From contig JAZNQI010000046.1 of NCBI GenBank assembly GCA_045590095.1, positions 22,821-86,820 on the forward strand: a stretch of DNA of 64,000 nucleotides. The letters are read 5' to 3'. Positions 29,664 to 39,872 of the stretch are shown here, piece after piece (position 1 is the first letter of the stretch; every line of letters starts with the position of its first letter). A program made the translations under genes and the position numbers. Below the pieces are notes generated by a model. It saw only the letters and a list, made by a program, of their open reading frames with translations, had not been told where the DNA came from and did no database searches. Origin of the DNA: Acetatifactor sp. GTDB taxonomy: Bacteria > Bacillota > Clostridia > Lachnospirales > Lachnospiraceae.

Positions 29664-31544
29664 TTACTCCTCCACGCGTGGTTCGAAACAAATGCCGCCA
29701 CCGAAACGTGCAGCACCACAACCCTGACATTTCAGTTTACAATTTTCAGAAGTTTCTTCCTTTTGTGCTTTTAACCACTCACGCTTTAAAAATTCCTTGG
29801 TTACGCCACAATCGATAAAGTCCCAAGGGAATATTTCGTCCAAAGAACGTTCTCTGGTAGTGTAGAAATCAATATCAATACCACATTCTTTAAAAGTATC
29901 CAGCCACACATCGTTTTTGTAGTATTCACCCCAGGCGTCGTATATACACCCTTTTTCATATACTTTTAAGATGACCTCATTTAAACGACGATCACCACGA
30001 GCCAGAATACCTTCTAAAACACTTGCATCAGCTTCATGGTAATTGTATTTGATACTCTTTTGATTTAACTGCTTTGTAATGGCAGTACGAGTCTGATACG
30101 CTTTGTCCAAAAACTGTTCCTTTGTACACTGTGGAGCCCACTGGAACGGAGTAAAGGGCTTAGGTACAAAGAAAGATGTGCTGGCTACAATCTGTACCTT
30201 GCCGTTTTTGCGCTCTTCTTTAGGGACTACTTCAAAGAAGGTGGCAGCGATTTTGTTGGATAGCTCAGCAATTCCTACAATATCTTCTTCGGTTTCGGTA
30301 GGAAGTCCCAGCATAAAATAAAGTTTCACACGGGTCCAACCGCCTTTAAAGGCTAAAGTAGCACCATTTATAATGACTTCTTCGGTCAATCCCTTGTTAA
30401 TAACATTGCGTAGTCTCTGGCTTCCTGCCTCAGGAGCAAAGGTTAAGCTGGATTTGCGTACATCCTGTACCTTGCTCATTACATCCAAAGAAAATGCATC
30501 AATTCTTAAGGATGGAAGGGAAATATTGATTTTTTTACGATTGCACTCTTCTATCAAAAAGTCAATTAATTCGGGCAATTTAGAGTAATCACTGGAGCTT
30601 AAAGAACTTAAAGAAACCTCTTCGTGGCCGGTGTTTTTTAACATTTCCACAGCGTATTTCTTTAAAGTTTCTACATCGCGTTCTCTTACCGGGCGATATA
30701 ATTGTCCTGCCTGACAGAAACGGCATCCGCGAATACAACCGCGTTGAATTTCCAGTACAACTCTATCCTGTGTAACCTTCATATAAGGAACAACGGGTTT
30801 CATAGGATAGTTTGTATTGGTTACATCCATTTCGATTTCTTTTGTAATAGTAGCTGGTATACCTTCGGCATTTGGAGTGAATGATGCAATGGTATTATCT
30901 TCGTTATATTTTACATCATAGAATCTGGGGACGTAGAGTCCGGGAATCTGAGCAGCACGCTTCAAAAATTCTTCACGACTCATGCCGGCTTCCTTGCATT
31001 CTTCGTATACAGTAATCAAATTACGATATTGGGTTTCACCTTCGCCGATATAAAAAATATCAAAGAAATCAGCGATGGGTTCCGGATTATAAGTACAGGG
31101 ACCGCCGCCAATAACAATGGGACAATGTTCTCCGCGTTCCCTGGCTAATAAAGGAATTTGTGCCAAGTCCAAAACTTGTAAGATATTGGTGTAGCACATT
31201 TCGTATTGAATGGTAATTCCCAGAAAGTCAAAATTCTTGATTGGATCCTGAGATTCCAGTGCAAAAAGAGGGATTTTTTCTTCGCGCATGATTTTGTCCA
31301 AATCGAGCCATGGAGAATACACTCTTTCACACCATACATCTTCCATGGAGTTAAACATATCGTACAAAATCTGAATACCTAAATGAGACATACCGATTTC
31401 ATATACATCCGGGAAGCACATGGCAAAACGTACTTTTATCTGATTTTTATCTTTCATGACTGCATTGACTTCGTTACCGATATATCGTGCCGGTTTTTCA
31501 ATTTTCATTAAAATATCATCTGACAGAGCTAATTGATTATTCAT
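29664..31544 (-). CDS. B12-binding radical SAM protein (TIGR03960 type)
   Basis: KPARYIGNE, FPDVYEIGMSHLG, CIRGCRFC and APEAGS. Confidence 0.9.
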   Translation of the reverse strand: MNNQLALSDDILMKIEKPARYIGNEVNAVMKDKNQIKVRFAMCFPDVYEIGMSHLGIQILYDMFNSMEDVWCERVYSPWLDLDKIMREEKIPLFALESQDPIKNFDFLGITIQYEMCYTNILQVLDLAQIPLLARERGEHCPIVIGGGPCTYNPEPIADFFDIFYIGEGETQYRNLITVYEECKEAGMSREEFLKRAAQIPGLYVPRFYDVKYNEDNTIASFTPNAEGIPATITKEIEMDVTNTNYPMKPVVPYMKVTQDRVVLEIQRGCIRGCRFCQAGQLYRPVRERDVETLKKYAVEMLKNTGHEEVSLSSLSSSDYSKLPELIDFLIEECNRKKINISLPSLRIDAFSLDVMSKVQDVRKSSLTFAPEAGSQRLRNVINKGLTEEVIINGATLAFKGGWTRVKLYFMLGLPTETEEDIVGIAELSNKIAATFFEVVPKEERKNGKVQIVASTSFFVPKPFTPFQWAPQCTKEQFLDKAYQTRTAITKQLNQKSIKYNYHEADASVLEGILARGDRRLNEVILKVYEKGCIYDAWGEYYKNDVWLDTFKECGIDIDFYTTRERSLDEIFPWDFIDCGVTKEFLKREWLKAQKEETSENCKLKCQGCGAARFGGGICFEPRVEE

Positions 31545-31557
31545 AAGTAGTACCTTT

Positions 31558-32457
31558 CTATTTCAGTATAATGGAATTGGGACCTTCTTTAAAGTAATGT
31601 ATTTCACTGCCCAGACTTTCCATAAACGCTTTGTTTTGAGGATTGTCAAATTTTCCGGTTTCATCAAACATCATATATTCCGGTGCGTCAAAGAATGCAA
31701 CTTTAGGGTTTACAGTTTCATAAAAATAATCCTCTAATCCTCCATATCCATGATGCCCCATTTGTAAATAGTCTGCTTTTAAATTGTTTTGCCAGCGTCC
31801 GTGCAAATAAGCACTCATATCAATACCTACATCTGCACAAAATAGCATAGACTCCTCTTCATGGGTTACTTTAAACATCATGGAACCGTCATTCAAATAA
31901 TCTTTGGAATATTGTTTGGTATGTTCACCAAAGGCGTTAAATACCTGGAATTTCAAATCGAAGATTTCAAAGGTATCTCCCGTGGTTACATACTCCAAAT
32001 TCTCTACAGAAAGCGCTAAGAAACGGTTATATGCATCCATGCTATCCCATGGAGCTATTTCTGAACATTGGCTTGGAGAAGCCATATTAACAGTCATAAT
32101 TCGATGTACGGTAATATTTTCTTTGTCCAGTTCGGGATAAATGGCATTAAAGGCACCGATATGATCTTCGTGCGGATGAGTTAATATCCATAAATCCACT
32201 TCGTTTCCGTGTAAGTTTAATATATCTTTTACATATTGGGCGTCTTCCGTCCAACCGCCGTCGATTACTATTAATCCCTGTTTGGGATTGTATATTGTAT
32301 AGAAAGAGGAGTTACTATGACGGGGGCCGTATTGTGTTACGGTCCATTGATTTTTTGCAAAAATATTAGTGTATTTATACAAAAATAATCCAAGCAAAAT
32401 TAATAAAAGAAAAGAAAATGCAAGAATGATTATTTTTGTTTTTGTCCTTTTTTTCAT
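31558..32457 (-). CDS. Membrane-anchored MBL-fold hydrolase (ComEC/Pce-like)
   Basis: N-terminal TM, IDGG, THPHEDH, NDGS and GHHG. Confidence 0.82.
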   Translation of the reverse strand: MKKRTKTKIIILAFSFLLLILLGLFLYKYTNIFAKNQWTVTQYGPRHSNSSFYTIYNPKQGLIVIDGGWTEDAQYVKDILNLHGNEVDLWILTHPHEDHIGAFNAIYPELDKENITVHRIMTVNMASPSQCSEIAPWDSMDAYNRFLALSVENLEYVTTGDTFEIFDLKFQVFNAFGEHTKQYSKDYLNDGSMMFKVTHEEESMLFCADVGIDMSAYLHGRWQNNLKADYLQMGHHGYGGLEDYFYETVNPKVAFFDAPEYMMFDETGKFDNPQNKAFMESLGSEIHYFKEGPNSIILK

Positions 32458-32516
32458 GTTACTCTCCTAAAAATCCAATCTAACTTATCATAACATAATT
32501 TGTGTATTTAATCCAC

Positions 32517-32553
32517 AAAAATAAACCGGCATCCTTAGAAACAGACACCGGTT
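32517..32553 (-). terminator. Terminator after the his operon
   Basis: Minus strand AACCGGTGTC...GATGCCGGTT then TTATTTT. Confidence 0.6.
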
Positions 32554-32563
32554 ACTGGACATA

Positions 32564-33850
32564 TTATCGATTGGCAAGTTCTGTTGTAATATCTTCCCAA
32601 GTTACATTCTTTTCAGCCATTAAAACCATCATATGATAGAGGAAATCACTGATTTCATATTTGATTTCGTTGGCATTGGGATTCTTTGCTGCAATAACAA
32701 TTTCCGTAGCCTCTTCTCCAAGCTTCTTGAGAATTTTATCCACACCTTTATCAAAAAGGTAATTGGTGTAAGAGCCTTCTTTGGGATTGATTTTGCGATC
32801 TTTAATGACATTGAAAACATCCTCAAATACCATTAAGGGATTTGCAATATCTTCATAATCTTTTTTTACAATTTCGTTAAAGAAACAACTTCTGGCTCCT
32901 GTATGACATGCAGCTCCCACCTGAGCTACTTTTGCAAGTATGGTATCGTAGTCGCAATCTGTGGTAAGTGATTTTACATACTGGAAATGTCCGCTGGTTT
33001 CACCCTTTAACCACTGGGTTTTACGACTGCGGCTGTAATAACACATTTTACCTGTTCGCAAGGTGGATTTGTATGCTTCCTCGTTCATATAGGCTACCTG
33101 AAGAACTTCGTTTGTTTTGTAATCCTGTACAACAACAGGAATCAAACCGTTAGAATCTTTCTTCAACTGTTCCCAAGTATAAGTAGCTTTTAACCTTTTA
33201 ACAGGGATGTTGTTTTGTTCACAAAGCTCTTTTAATGCTGAGATTTCCTTGCAGTTTTCATTAATTGCGTTACCGGTAATGCCGCATACATTTTCATTTG
33301 CAAACAATGTTAACATCTGATCCAGCGCTATTTCATTCATGGATACAAAGAATGGTAACTGAATTGTATCCATGGTTTTATGAATATGATGTGGATTCAT
33401 CAGTATCATTCGATCGACATACTTTTCGATTTTTTCTTTGTTTGCAGATAAGGTTTCGGCATCCTGATAGGAAATCATAATTTTATCCTTGCCAAATTTT
33501 AATGATACCTCTTCGGTTATTTCAATATTTGACTGCTTAGTATAATCAAGTACAGCTTTTTTGCAACCGGTATAGAGAATCTTTTTAATATCTTCCATAC
33601 GTTTAACATTGCCTGCGCCATATACATCTACTTCGCATGTAGCACAAATTTCTTTCATAATATCCAAGGCAGCATCATGTTCAGCATCGGTTTCTGACAT
33701 ATCAAAAATAATTAATTCATCTGCACCGGCATCGCAGTATCTAGATGCCAACATAACCGGATTTTCATCAATTACGGTTACATCAAACAGAGATTTAACG
33801 CAGTTAGTACGATATAAATAAAGACAAGGTACAAATTCTTTAGTAATCAT
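32564..33850 (-). CDS. hisI: HisIE fused to an N-terminal degenerate HisF/HisA-like barrel
   Basis: C-terminal half: [26 protein letters not shown] (HisI) and KLGEE, EISD (HisE); N-terminal half: [19 protein letters not shown]. Confidence 0.9.
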   Translation of the reverse strand: MITKEFVPCLYLYRTNCVKSLFDVTVIDENPVMLASRYCDAGADELIIFDMSETDAEHDAALDIMKEICATCEVDVYGAGNVKRMEDIKKILYTGCKKAVLDYTKQSNIEITEEVSLKFGKDKIMISYQDAETLSANKEKIEKYVDRMILMNPHHIHKTMDTIQLPFFVSMNEIALDQMLTLFANENVCGITGNAINENCKEISALKELCEQNNIPVKRLKATYTWEQLKKDSNGLIPVVVQDYKTNEVLQVAYMNEEAYKSTLRTGKMCYYSRSRKTQWLKGETSGHFQYVKSLTTDCDYDTILAKVAQVGAACHTGARSCFFNEIVKKDYEDIANPLMVFEDVFNVIKDRKINPKEGSYTNYLFDKGVDKILKKLGEEATEIVIAAKNPNANEIKYEISDFLYHMMVLMAEKNVTWEDITTELANR

Positions 33851-33851
33851 T

Positions 33852-34439
33852 TTATAAGCTTCCTTTCGTACTGAGTACATCAGTTACTCTTTCGTCATAT
33901 CCGGTTGCCATATCAAGTGCCTTTCCAAAGGCTTTAAACATGGCTTCCATCATGTGATGGTTATTACCGGGAGTCAATATTTTGATGTGAAGATTCATAC
34001 CTGCACTGTAGCTTACTGCATAGAAGAATTCCCTGGCAAGTTCTGTTTCCATATCTCCTACTTTTTCAACAGTAAAATCACACTCAAATTGTAAATAGGG
34101 TCTTCCGCATAAATCAACTGCGCAGAGAGCCAAGGTTTCGTCCATGGGCAGAATAAAATATCCGTATCTGCGAATTCCCTTTTTATCACCTACAGCCTCT
34201 TTAATAGCTTTACCCAAGACGATACCGGTATCTTCAATAGTATGATGACCGTCTACATTTAAGTCTCCTTTTACTTTACAGGTCAAATCAAAGAAACCGT
34301 GCTTGGAAAAACCTTCCAACATATGGTCAAAGAAGCCGATACCGGTAGAAATATCAGATTTGCCGCTTCCGTCAATATTTAAATCAATCTGAATATCGGT
34401 TTCCTTTGTCTGTCTTTTAATATCAGCTGTTCTGGACAT
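33852..34439 (-). CDS. hisB: Imidazoleglycerol-phosphate dehydratase
   Basis: GFFDHML, HHTIED, PMDE and [11 protein letters not shown]. Confidence 0.97.
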   Translation of the reverse strand: MSRTADIKRQTKETDIQIDLNIDGSGKSDISTGIGFFDHMLEGFSKHGFFDLTCKVKGDLNVDGHHTIEDTGIVLGKAIKEAVGDKKGIRRYGYFILPMDETLALCAVDLCGRPYLQFECDFTVEKVGDMETELAREFFYAVSYSAGMNLHIKILTPGNNHHMMEAMFKAFGKALDMATGYDERVTDVLSTKGSL

Positions 34440-34477
34440 ATTCCCTCATTTCTCTGCTTGATAAAGCAGTGTATGAA

Positions 34478-35770
34478 TTAATCTTCAAATCTAACCTTAA
34501 TACTGTTTGCGTGTGCTGTCAAGCTTTCGCTTTCAGCAAACAATTCGATGTCTTTGTGTAATTTTTCCAGTGCTTCTCTGGAGTAAGAAATAATGCTGGA
34601 TTTCTTAATAAAATCATCCACATTAACCGGTGAGAAAAATTTAGCAGTACCGTTTGTAGGTAAAATGTGGTTAGGACCTGCGAAATAATCTCCTAAAGGT
34701 TCAGAAGAATACTCGCCTAAGAAAATAGCACCTGCATTACGTATTCTGGTCATAGTATCAAATGGATTCTTTGTCAGAATTTCTAAGTGTTCTGATGCTA
34801 TTTCATTGGTGGTTTCGATAGCCTGTTCCATACTGTCTGCTAATAAAATATATCCGTAATTATCCAATGATTTTTGAATGATTTCTTTTCTGGAAAGTAC
34901 AGCGGTAAATTTATCAACTTCTTCTGAGACTTTCTTTGCCAGTTCCTCAGATGTTGTGATTAAAATGGCACTTGCCAATTCATCATGTTCTGCCTGTGAG
35001 AGCATATCTGCAGCTACGTAGCGGGGATTTGCTGTTTCATCCGCAAGAACAAGGATTTCACTGGGACCGGCAATAGAATCAATGCTTACATAACCATATA
35101 CTGCTTTCTTTGCCAAAGCAACAAAGATATTGCCGGGACCGGTAATTTTATCTACTTTTGGGATGGATTGTGTACCAAATGCAAGTGCGGCAATTGCCTG
35201 TGCCCCGCCTACTTTGTAAATGGTATCTACACCTGCAATATCTGCAGCAACTAAAGTACCGGGATTGATTTTACCTTCTGCATTGGGCGGTGTTGTCATA
35301 ATAATTTCGCGTACACCGGCTACCTTTGCAGGAATTACATTCATAAGAACGCTGGAAGGATAGGCTGCTTTTCCGCCGGGTACATATACACCCGCTTTAT
35401 CAATGGGGGTAATTTTCATACCTAAAATTGTGCCGTCTTCCTTTGCATCAAACCAGCTGTTGCGCAACTGTTTCGTGTGGAAAACACGAATGTTCTCTGC
35501 AGCTTTACGAATCACATCGATTAATTTATCATCCATCAAGGAATAAGCCTCATCGATTTCGGCACGTGTTACTTTGATGTTGTCTGCATTTAAATCGTAT
35601 TTGTCGAATTTTTTTGTGTACTCAAAAATGGCAGAATCTTTATTGGTTCTTACATTTTCGATGATTTCATTTACAGTTGCTTCGTACTGTGAATAATTGT
35701 TGGGACTTCTTTTTAATAAGTCCTCCATAAGATTTTTCTTTGTATCTTCAGTTAAGTTAATAATCTTCAT
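34478..35770 (-). CDS. hisD: Histidinol dehydrogenase
   Basis: YVPGG, GPGN, AGPSE, QAEHD and NHILPT. Confidence 0.97.
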   Translation of the reverse strand: MKIINLTEDTKKNLMEDLLKRSPNNYSQYEATVNEIIENVRTNKDSAIFEYTKKFDKYDLNADNIKVTRAEIDEAYSLMDDKLIDVIRKAAENIRVFHTKQLRNSWFDAKEDGTILGMKITPIDKAGVYVPGGKAAYPSSVLMNVIPAKVAGVREIIMTTPPNAEGKINPGTLVAADIAGVDTIYKVGGAQAIAALAFGTQSIPKVDKITGPGNIFVALAKKAVYGYVSIDSIAGPSEILVLADETANPRYVAADMLSQAEHDELASAILITTSEELAKKVSEEVDKFTAVLSRKEIIQKSLDNYGYILLADSMEQAIETTNEIASEHLEILTKNPFDTMTRIRNAGAIFLGEYSSEPLGDYFAGPNHILPTNGTAKFFSPVNVDDFIKKSSIISYSREALEKLHKDIELFAESESLTAHANSIKVRFED

Positions 35771-35805
35771 AATCTTTCTCCTTAATCCGCATATGGAAAT
35801 AATAG

Positions 35806-36471
35806 TTATTTTGCCTGTTTTTCTTCATCTAACTGCTTGCGGATGCGGTGGAGTAAGTCTTTGATGCGGGCTGATTGCATTTGCATACTTACGGGATTTA
35901 CAATCATTCTTGCAGACAAAGGACAAATCTCCTCTAAAACCATGAGCCCGTTTTCTTTTAAGGTACCACCGGTTTCTACAATATCAACGATTACATCGGA
36001 AAGCTCAACAATGGGCCCCAATTCTACCGAACCATTTAATTTAATAATATCTACGGTTTGATATTTTTGATTATAGAAATAGTCTTTCGCAATATTGGGA
36101 TATTTGCTGGCTACACGAATACGTTCATGATGCTTCAACAGCTCTTCGGCTTCTTTGGGACCGCAGACACACATACGGCACTTTCCAAAGCCCAAATCCA
36201 ATACTTCGTACACATTACGATTTTCTTCTAAAATAGTATCTTCTCCTACAACACCGATATCTGCGGCACCATATTCAACATAGGTGGGAACATCAGGTCC
36301 CTTTGCCAAGAAGAAGCGTAATTTCAATTCCTCGTTTACAAAAATTAATTTGCGGGAATCTTTGTCTTTCATTTCTTCACAGGTAATACCGATTTTTTCA
36401 AGTAATTCCAGTGTTTTATTTGCAAGTCTTCCTTTGCCTAACGCAAAAGTTAAGTATTTATCGTTACTCAT
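35806..36471 (-). CDS. hisG: ATP phosphoribosyltransferase, short form
   Basis: KGRL, DVPTYVEYG, GSVELGP and DIVETG. Confidence 0.96.
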   Translation of the reverse strand: MSNDKYLTFALGKGRLANKTLELLEKIGITCEEMKDKDSRKLIFVNEELKLRFFLAKGPDVPTYVEYGAADIGVVGEDTILEENRNVYEVLDLGFGKCRMCVCGPKEAEELLKHHERIRVASKYPNIAKDYFYNQKYQTVDIIKLNGSVELGPIVELSDVIVDIVETGGTLKENGLMVLEEICPLSARMIVNPVSMQMQSARIKDLLHRIRKQLDEEKQAK

Positions 36472-36479
36472 ATAAACCT

Positions 36480-37589
36480 CTATTCCGGAATCAACTGCAC
36501 TTTAGCACCGGCTTTTCTTGCTGCAATTGCCTTTGCCAGCTGTTCCTTGTAGTTTTTGTCAGTATAATAAATGGTTTGTTTTTCTTCTTTAATGTTTAAA
36601 GCAACTTTCTGACGATTTAATGCTTCTAACATATCATCAACAACTACTGCAAATCCGATTGCTGCAGCTTCTTTACCAAATTTTTGAATCAGTTTATTAT
36701 ATCGTCCGCCGGTTACAATAGCATCTCCTAAACCGTAGGTATATGCTTTGAAAATAATACCTGTATAGTAATGATATCTGCTGAGCATACCCATATCAAA
36801 AGATACATACTCTTCCACACCATATAATTTCAAAACTTCATAAATAGCTTCCAAACGGTGGATTGCATTTCTGGATAAATCATTGTTTACCAGGTCTAAA
36901 CAAGCCTTGAGAGATTCAATATCACCGAACATATCGGTTACTTTTAATAAATTTGTACGATAGGGTTCGGATATTGCTTTGGATTGTAATAAATTTTCGG
37001 CAGCGAAATAATTTTTGCCGCTAATATAATCCCGAAGCTGATTTTCTGTCTCGGGATCTAAGCCGGCCTCTGCACATAATCCTTTGAAGAATTCCACCTG
37101 ACCGATACTTAACTGGAAGTTTTTTAGGCCAGTATCCTTCAGACATTGGATAACCATGCTGAGCATTTCAGCATCTGCCTGAATGGAATCGTCATTAATG
37201 AGTTCTGCACCGATTTGAGTTACTTCCTTTAATTTACCCTGCAAGTTAGAAGTATTGATAAACGTATTTCCCAAATAACAGAAACGAATGGGAACGGATT
37301 CCTCTAAGTAATATTTGGCTGCACATCTTGCAATGGACGGTGTAAAATCCGGACGAAGAACTAAGGTATTTCCTTCCTTATCAAAGAATTTGTATAATTC
37401 GTTGGAAGGAGTTGTTCCGATATCCTTTGAATAAACATCGAAAAATTCAAAGGTAGGTGTCTGAATGTCTTCATATCCGTAACTGCCGATTACATGATGT
37501 AATTTATTTTCAATCCATAATTTTTTTGCATATTCATTTCCGTAAATATCTCTGACACCTTCCGGTGTATGTAATAATTTTTGATTCAT
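36480..37589 (-). CDS. hisZ: ATP phosphoribosyltransferase regulatory subunit
   Basis: PEGVRD, LRPDFT, QIGAEL, YYTG and GGRY. Confidence 0.95.
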   Translation of the reverse strand: MNQKLLHTPEGVRDIYGNEYAKKLWIENKLHHVIGSYGYEDIQTPTFEFFDVYSKDIGTTPSNELYKFFDKEGNTLVLRPDFTPSIARCAAKYYLEESVPIRFCYLGNTFINTSNLQGKLKEVTQIGAELINDDSIQADAEMLSMVIQCLKDTGLKNFQLSIGQVEFFKGLCAEAGLDPETENQLRDYISGKNYFAAENLLQSKAISEPYRTNLLKVTDMFGDIESLKACLDLVNNDLSRNAIHRLEAIYEVLKLYGVEEYVSFDMGMLSRYHYYTGIIFKAYTYGLGDAIVTGGRYNKLIQKFGKEAAAIGFAVVVDDMLEALNRQKVALNIKEEKQTIYYTDKNYKEQLAKAIAARKAGAKVQLIPE

Positions 37590-37629
37590 AAAACTCTCCT
37601 TATTTCAAACACAACTAATGCATTTTGCT

Positions 37630-37649
37630 GACTTTAGTGTGGTAACGTG
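37630..37649. promoter_or_regulatory. Putative HisR (YerC/TrpR-like) operator
   Basis: GACTTTA-GTGTGG-TAACGTG versus the Firmicute HisR motif YACTTTA-N6-TAAAGTR; just downstream of the his promoter. Confidence 0.6.
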
Positions 37650-37662
37650 CTAATTAATTAGC

Positions 37663-37691
37663 ATAATAAACCATGCATCCGTTAAAGTCAA
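37663..37691 (-). promoter_or_regulatory. Sigma-A promoter of the his operon
   Basis: Minus strand TTGACT-17bp-TATTAT. Confidence 0.7.
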
Positions 37692-37706
37692 GCCTTTTTA
37701 GGGAAA

Positions 37707-38249
37707 TTATTCATTTTCTTCTCTGGATTCTAAATCTTGACTGAGCATATCCAAATAAGGAACTAATACACCACTCTTCTTTGGCAAAATGTAAGTTTCA
37801 TCCAATTCATCAAAGCGAAAACTTTTTCTTCCGCCTTCGGTTGCTCTTTTCCAAAATTCATATAGTTTTTCAAAGGTTAAATAATATAATAAATTTTTAT
37901 GAGTATAAAAAATCAGAATAAAAGCAATTCCGCCTTGTTTTTCAAAATTTTTCATAAAATCAATCTGATGTTCGTGAATGTTCTGGAGAGAAAAGGTATC
38001 CACGGCACATTCTTTTGCAGCAAAACACACGGGAATTCCCTGTACGGCACCGATGTAGTCAACGGTACTCTTTTGGTCAAAATAGGCCAATGTAATATGG
38101 CGCGTATCCTTATCCATTTTAACGGGAGTAATAGGGGTTGGAATCTTTTGTATGAGAGCCAATCCGTTTTCGGCATATTTTTCATTGGTACGATTAATCA
38201 TATCTTCCAAGGTGGAACCGCGAAGACCTCTGGAATTCCATGTGGCCAT
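37707..38249 (-). CDS. recU: Holliday junction resolvase RecU with Ala at a catalytic acidic position
   Basis: RGSTLE, QKIPTP, STVDYIG, FAAKE (expected F(D/E)AKE) and HEHQ. Confidence 0.9.
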   Translation of the reverse strand: MATWNSRGLRGSTLEDMINRTNEKYAENGLALIQKIPTPITPVKMDKDTRHITLAYFDQKSTVDYIGAVQGIPVCFAAKECAVDTFSLQNIHEHQIDFMKNFEKQGGIAFILIFYTHKNLLYYLTFEKLYEFWKRATEGGRKSFRFDELDETYILPKKSGVLVPYLDMLSQDLESREENE

Positions 38250-39232
38250 TAACTTAAAACCTCCAAGATTTTTTCAAATTGTGTTGGTATTGGTGCTACT
38301 ATTGTTTTATTGCTTAATGAGCTTAAACCTTCCTCTATTTTGGGAAACTCAATGCGGTAAGCGTGTAAAAGCTGGAAACTTTGATTGTATTTTTGTGCTG
38401 CCTGTTTATTAAAACCTTCATTTCCGTATTTGCGGTCTCCCATTAAAGGATGTCCGACGCTTGCTAAATGTGCACGTATTTGATGGGTTTTCCCTGTAAT
38501 CAACTCAACTTCTAAATATGTGGAATTATGTTTGAGGCTTTGAAGGGGGTCGTATACAGTTTGAATATCATTTCCTTCTTTGGAAACGTGGACGGTATTT
38601 GTTTTCTCATCTTTTTGAAGTGAGCCTGTCAAAGTGACTTTTTCGGTCAATTTTCCGTAACAAATTGTACGGTAAAATTTCCGGATGGTTCTTTTGCGAA
38701 TCAATTCACTTAGTACTTGACTGCCTTTTAAGGAGATACCGCACAAAACCAAACCGCTGGTATTGCGGTCTAATCGATTGCAAACGGAAGGTTTGAATAA
38801 ATTAAGTTCGGTATTGGATATTTTACCGGTTTCTAACAGATAACCTATCATCCACTCATTTAAACTTAAGTCATTATCCTTTGCTTTTTGTGTTAATACA
38901 CCGGCAGGCTTATTTAGAATTAAAACATCGGAATCTTCATATAAAACAGTGATATGCTCTTTTGATAAACTTTTATAAGCGTTCAAATATTCAGCATTAT
39001 CATCAAATGTTTTCCCGGAGAATTTTTCAAATGTTTCATCCGAAAAGAAAAAACTAACAGTATCTCCTACCGTTAAGATTTCTTTTCCTTCTGCCTTTTT
39101 CCCGTTCAAAGTAATATTCTTTTTTCTTAACATCTTATATAGAAAGGAAGTACCCGCATTGGGCAGGTATTTATGAAGAAATTTATCAAAGCGCTGCCCT
39201 GCATGACTTGCTTCTATTTGAAATTGTTGCAT
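38249..39232 (-). CDS. RluA family pseudouridine synthase
   Basis: S4 domain, NKPAG, NRLDRNTSG and TGKTHQIR. Confidence 0.92.
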   Translation of the reverse strand: MQQFQIEASHAGQRFDKFLHKYLPNAGTSFLYKMLRKKNITLNGKKAEGKEILTVGDTVSFFFSDETFEKFSGKTFDDNAEYLNAYKSLSKEHITVLYEDSDVLILNKPAGVLTQKAKDNDLSLNEWMIGYLLETGKISNTELNLFKPSVCNRLDRNTSGLVLCGISLKGSQVLSELIRKRTIRKFYRTICYGKLTEKVTLTGSLQKDEKTNTVHVSKEGNDIQTVYDPLQSLKHNSTYLEVELITGKTHQIRAHLASVGHPLMGDRKYGNEGFNKQAAQKYNQSFQLLHAYRIEFPKIEEGLSSLSNKTIVAPIPTQFEKILEVLS

Positions 39233-39261
39233 TGTATTTCTCCGTTCAAAAGGTTTTTAGG

Positions 39262-39849
39262 TTATAAAACAACGGATTTTAATGTTTCGGCAATCTCCAT
39301 AGAGTTCTCTGTTTCGCTTTCCAAAACATTTAATTGATTAATCCGTTCAATATATTTATTTAAATCTGTGAATATCTTCAACGTAATATTTTTGTGCCCA
39401 TCTATTTTTAAAACTTTCAATACATGTTCATTAAAATCCTTTTCGGTAAAGTTTTTCATTTCTGTATAACCGCAAATGGTGTTTTCTTTAATGACCATAT
39501 GAGCAATATTATATGTTTTTGAATAAGTGGTAAATACCATGTCATATAATTCGGTTAAATTATAGGAACAATTATCTAATCTGTCACAGGTACTATTGCT
39601 GCAACTTTTAAAACGAAGAAACATAATGCAACTAATTAAACTTTTACTTGCAGGAAGGCATCCCAAAACAGCAACCACGGTAAGTAGGTTCATTCTGGTT
39701 TTCGTAGCCATATAGCCGGCAATAAACAAACTTAACGGAATGGCAAAAAAGATAATGGTACGGATGATTTCATATTTCTTTTGTGAATTTAAATAATTTC
39801 TGGTTCCCTTTACACCGGAGGTGCTGAATAATCTGATAAAATGTTTCAA
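39262..39849 (-). CDS. Hypothetical membrane protein (2 TM)
   Basis: TTG start after AGGAG; two TM segments; in operon. Confidence 0.75.
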   Translation of the reverse strand: MKHFIRLFSTSGVKGTRNYLNSQKKYEIIRTIIFFAIPLSLFIAGYMATKTRMNLLTVVAVLGCLPASKSLISCIMFLRFKSCSNSTCDRLDNCSYNLTELYDMVFTTYSKTYNIAHMVIKENTICGYTEMKNFTEKDFNEHVLKVLKIDGHKNITLKIFTDLNKYIERINQLNVLESETENSMEIAETLKSVVL

Positions 39850-39872
39850 AGTGAATTCTCCTATATCTTGTG

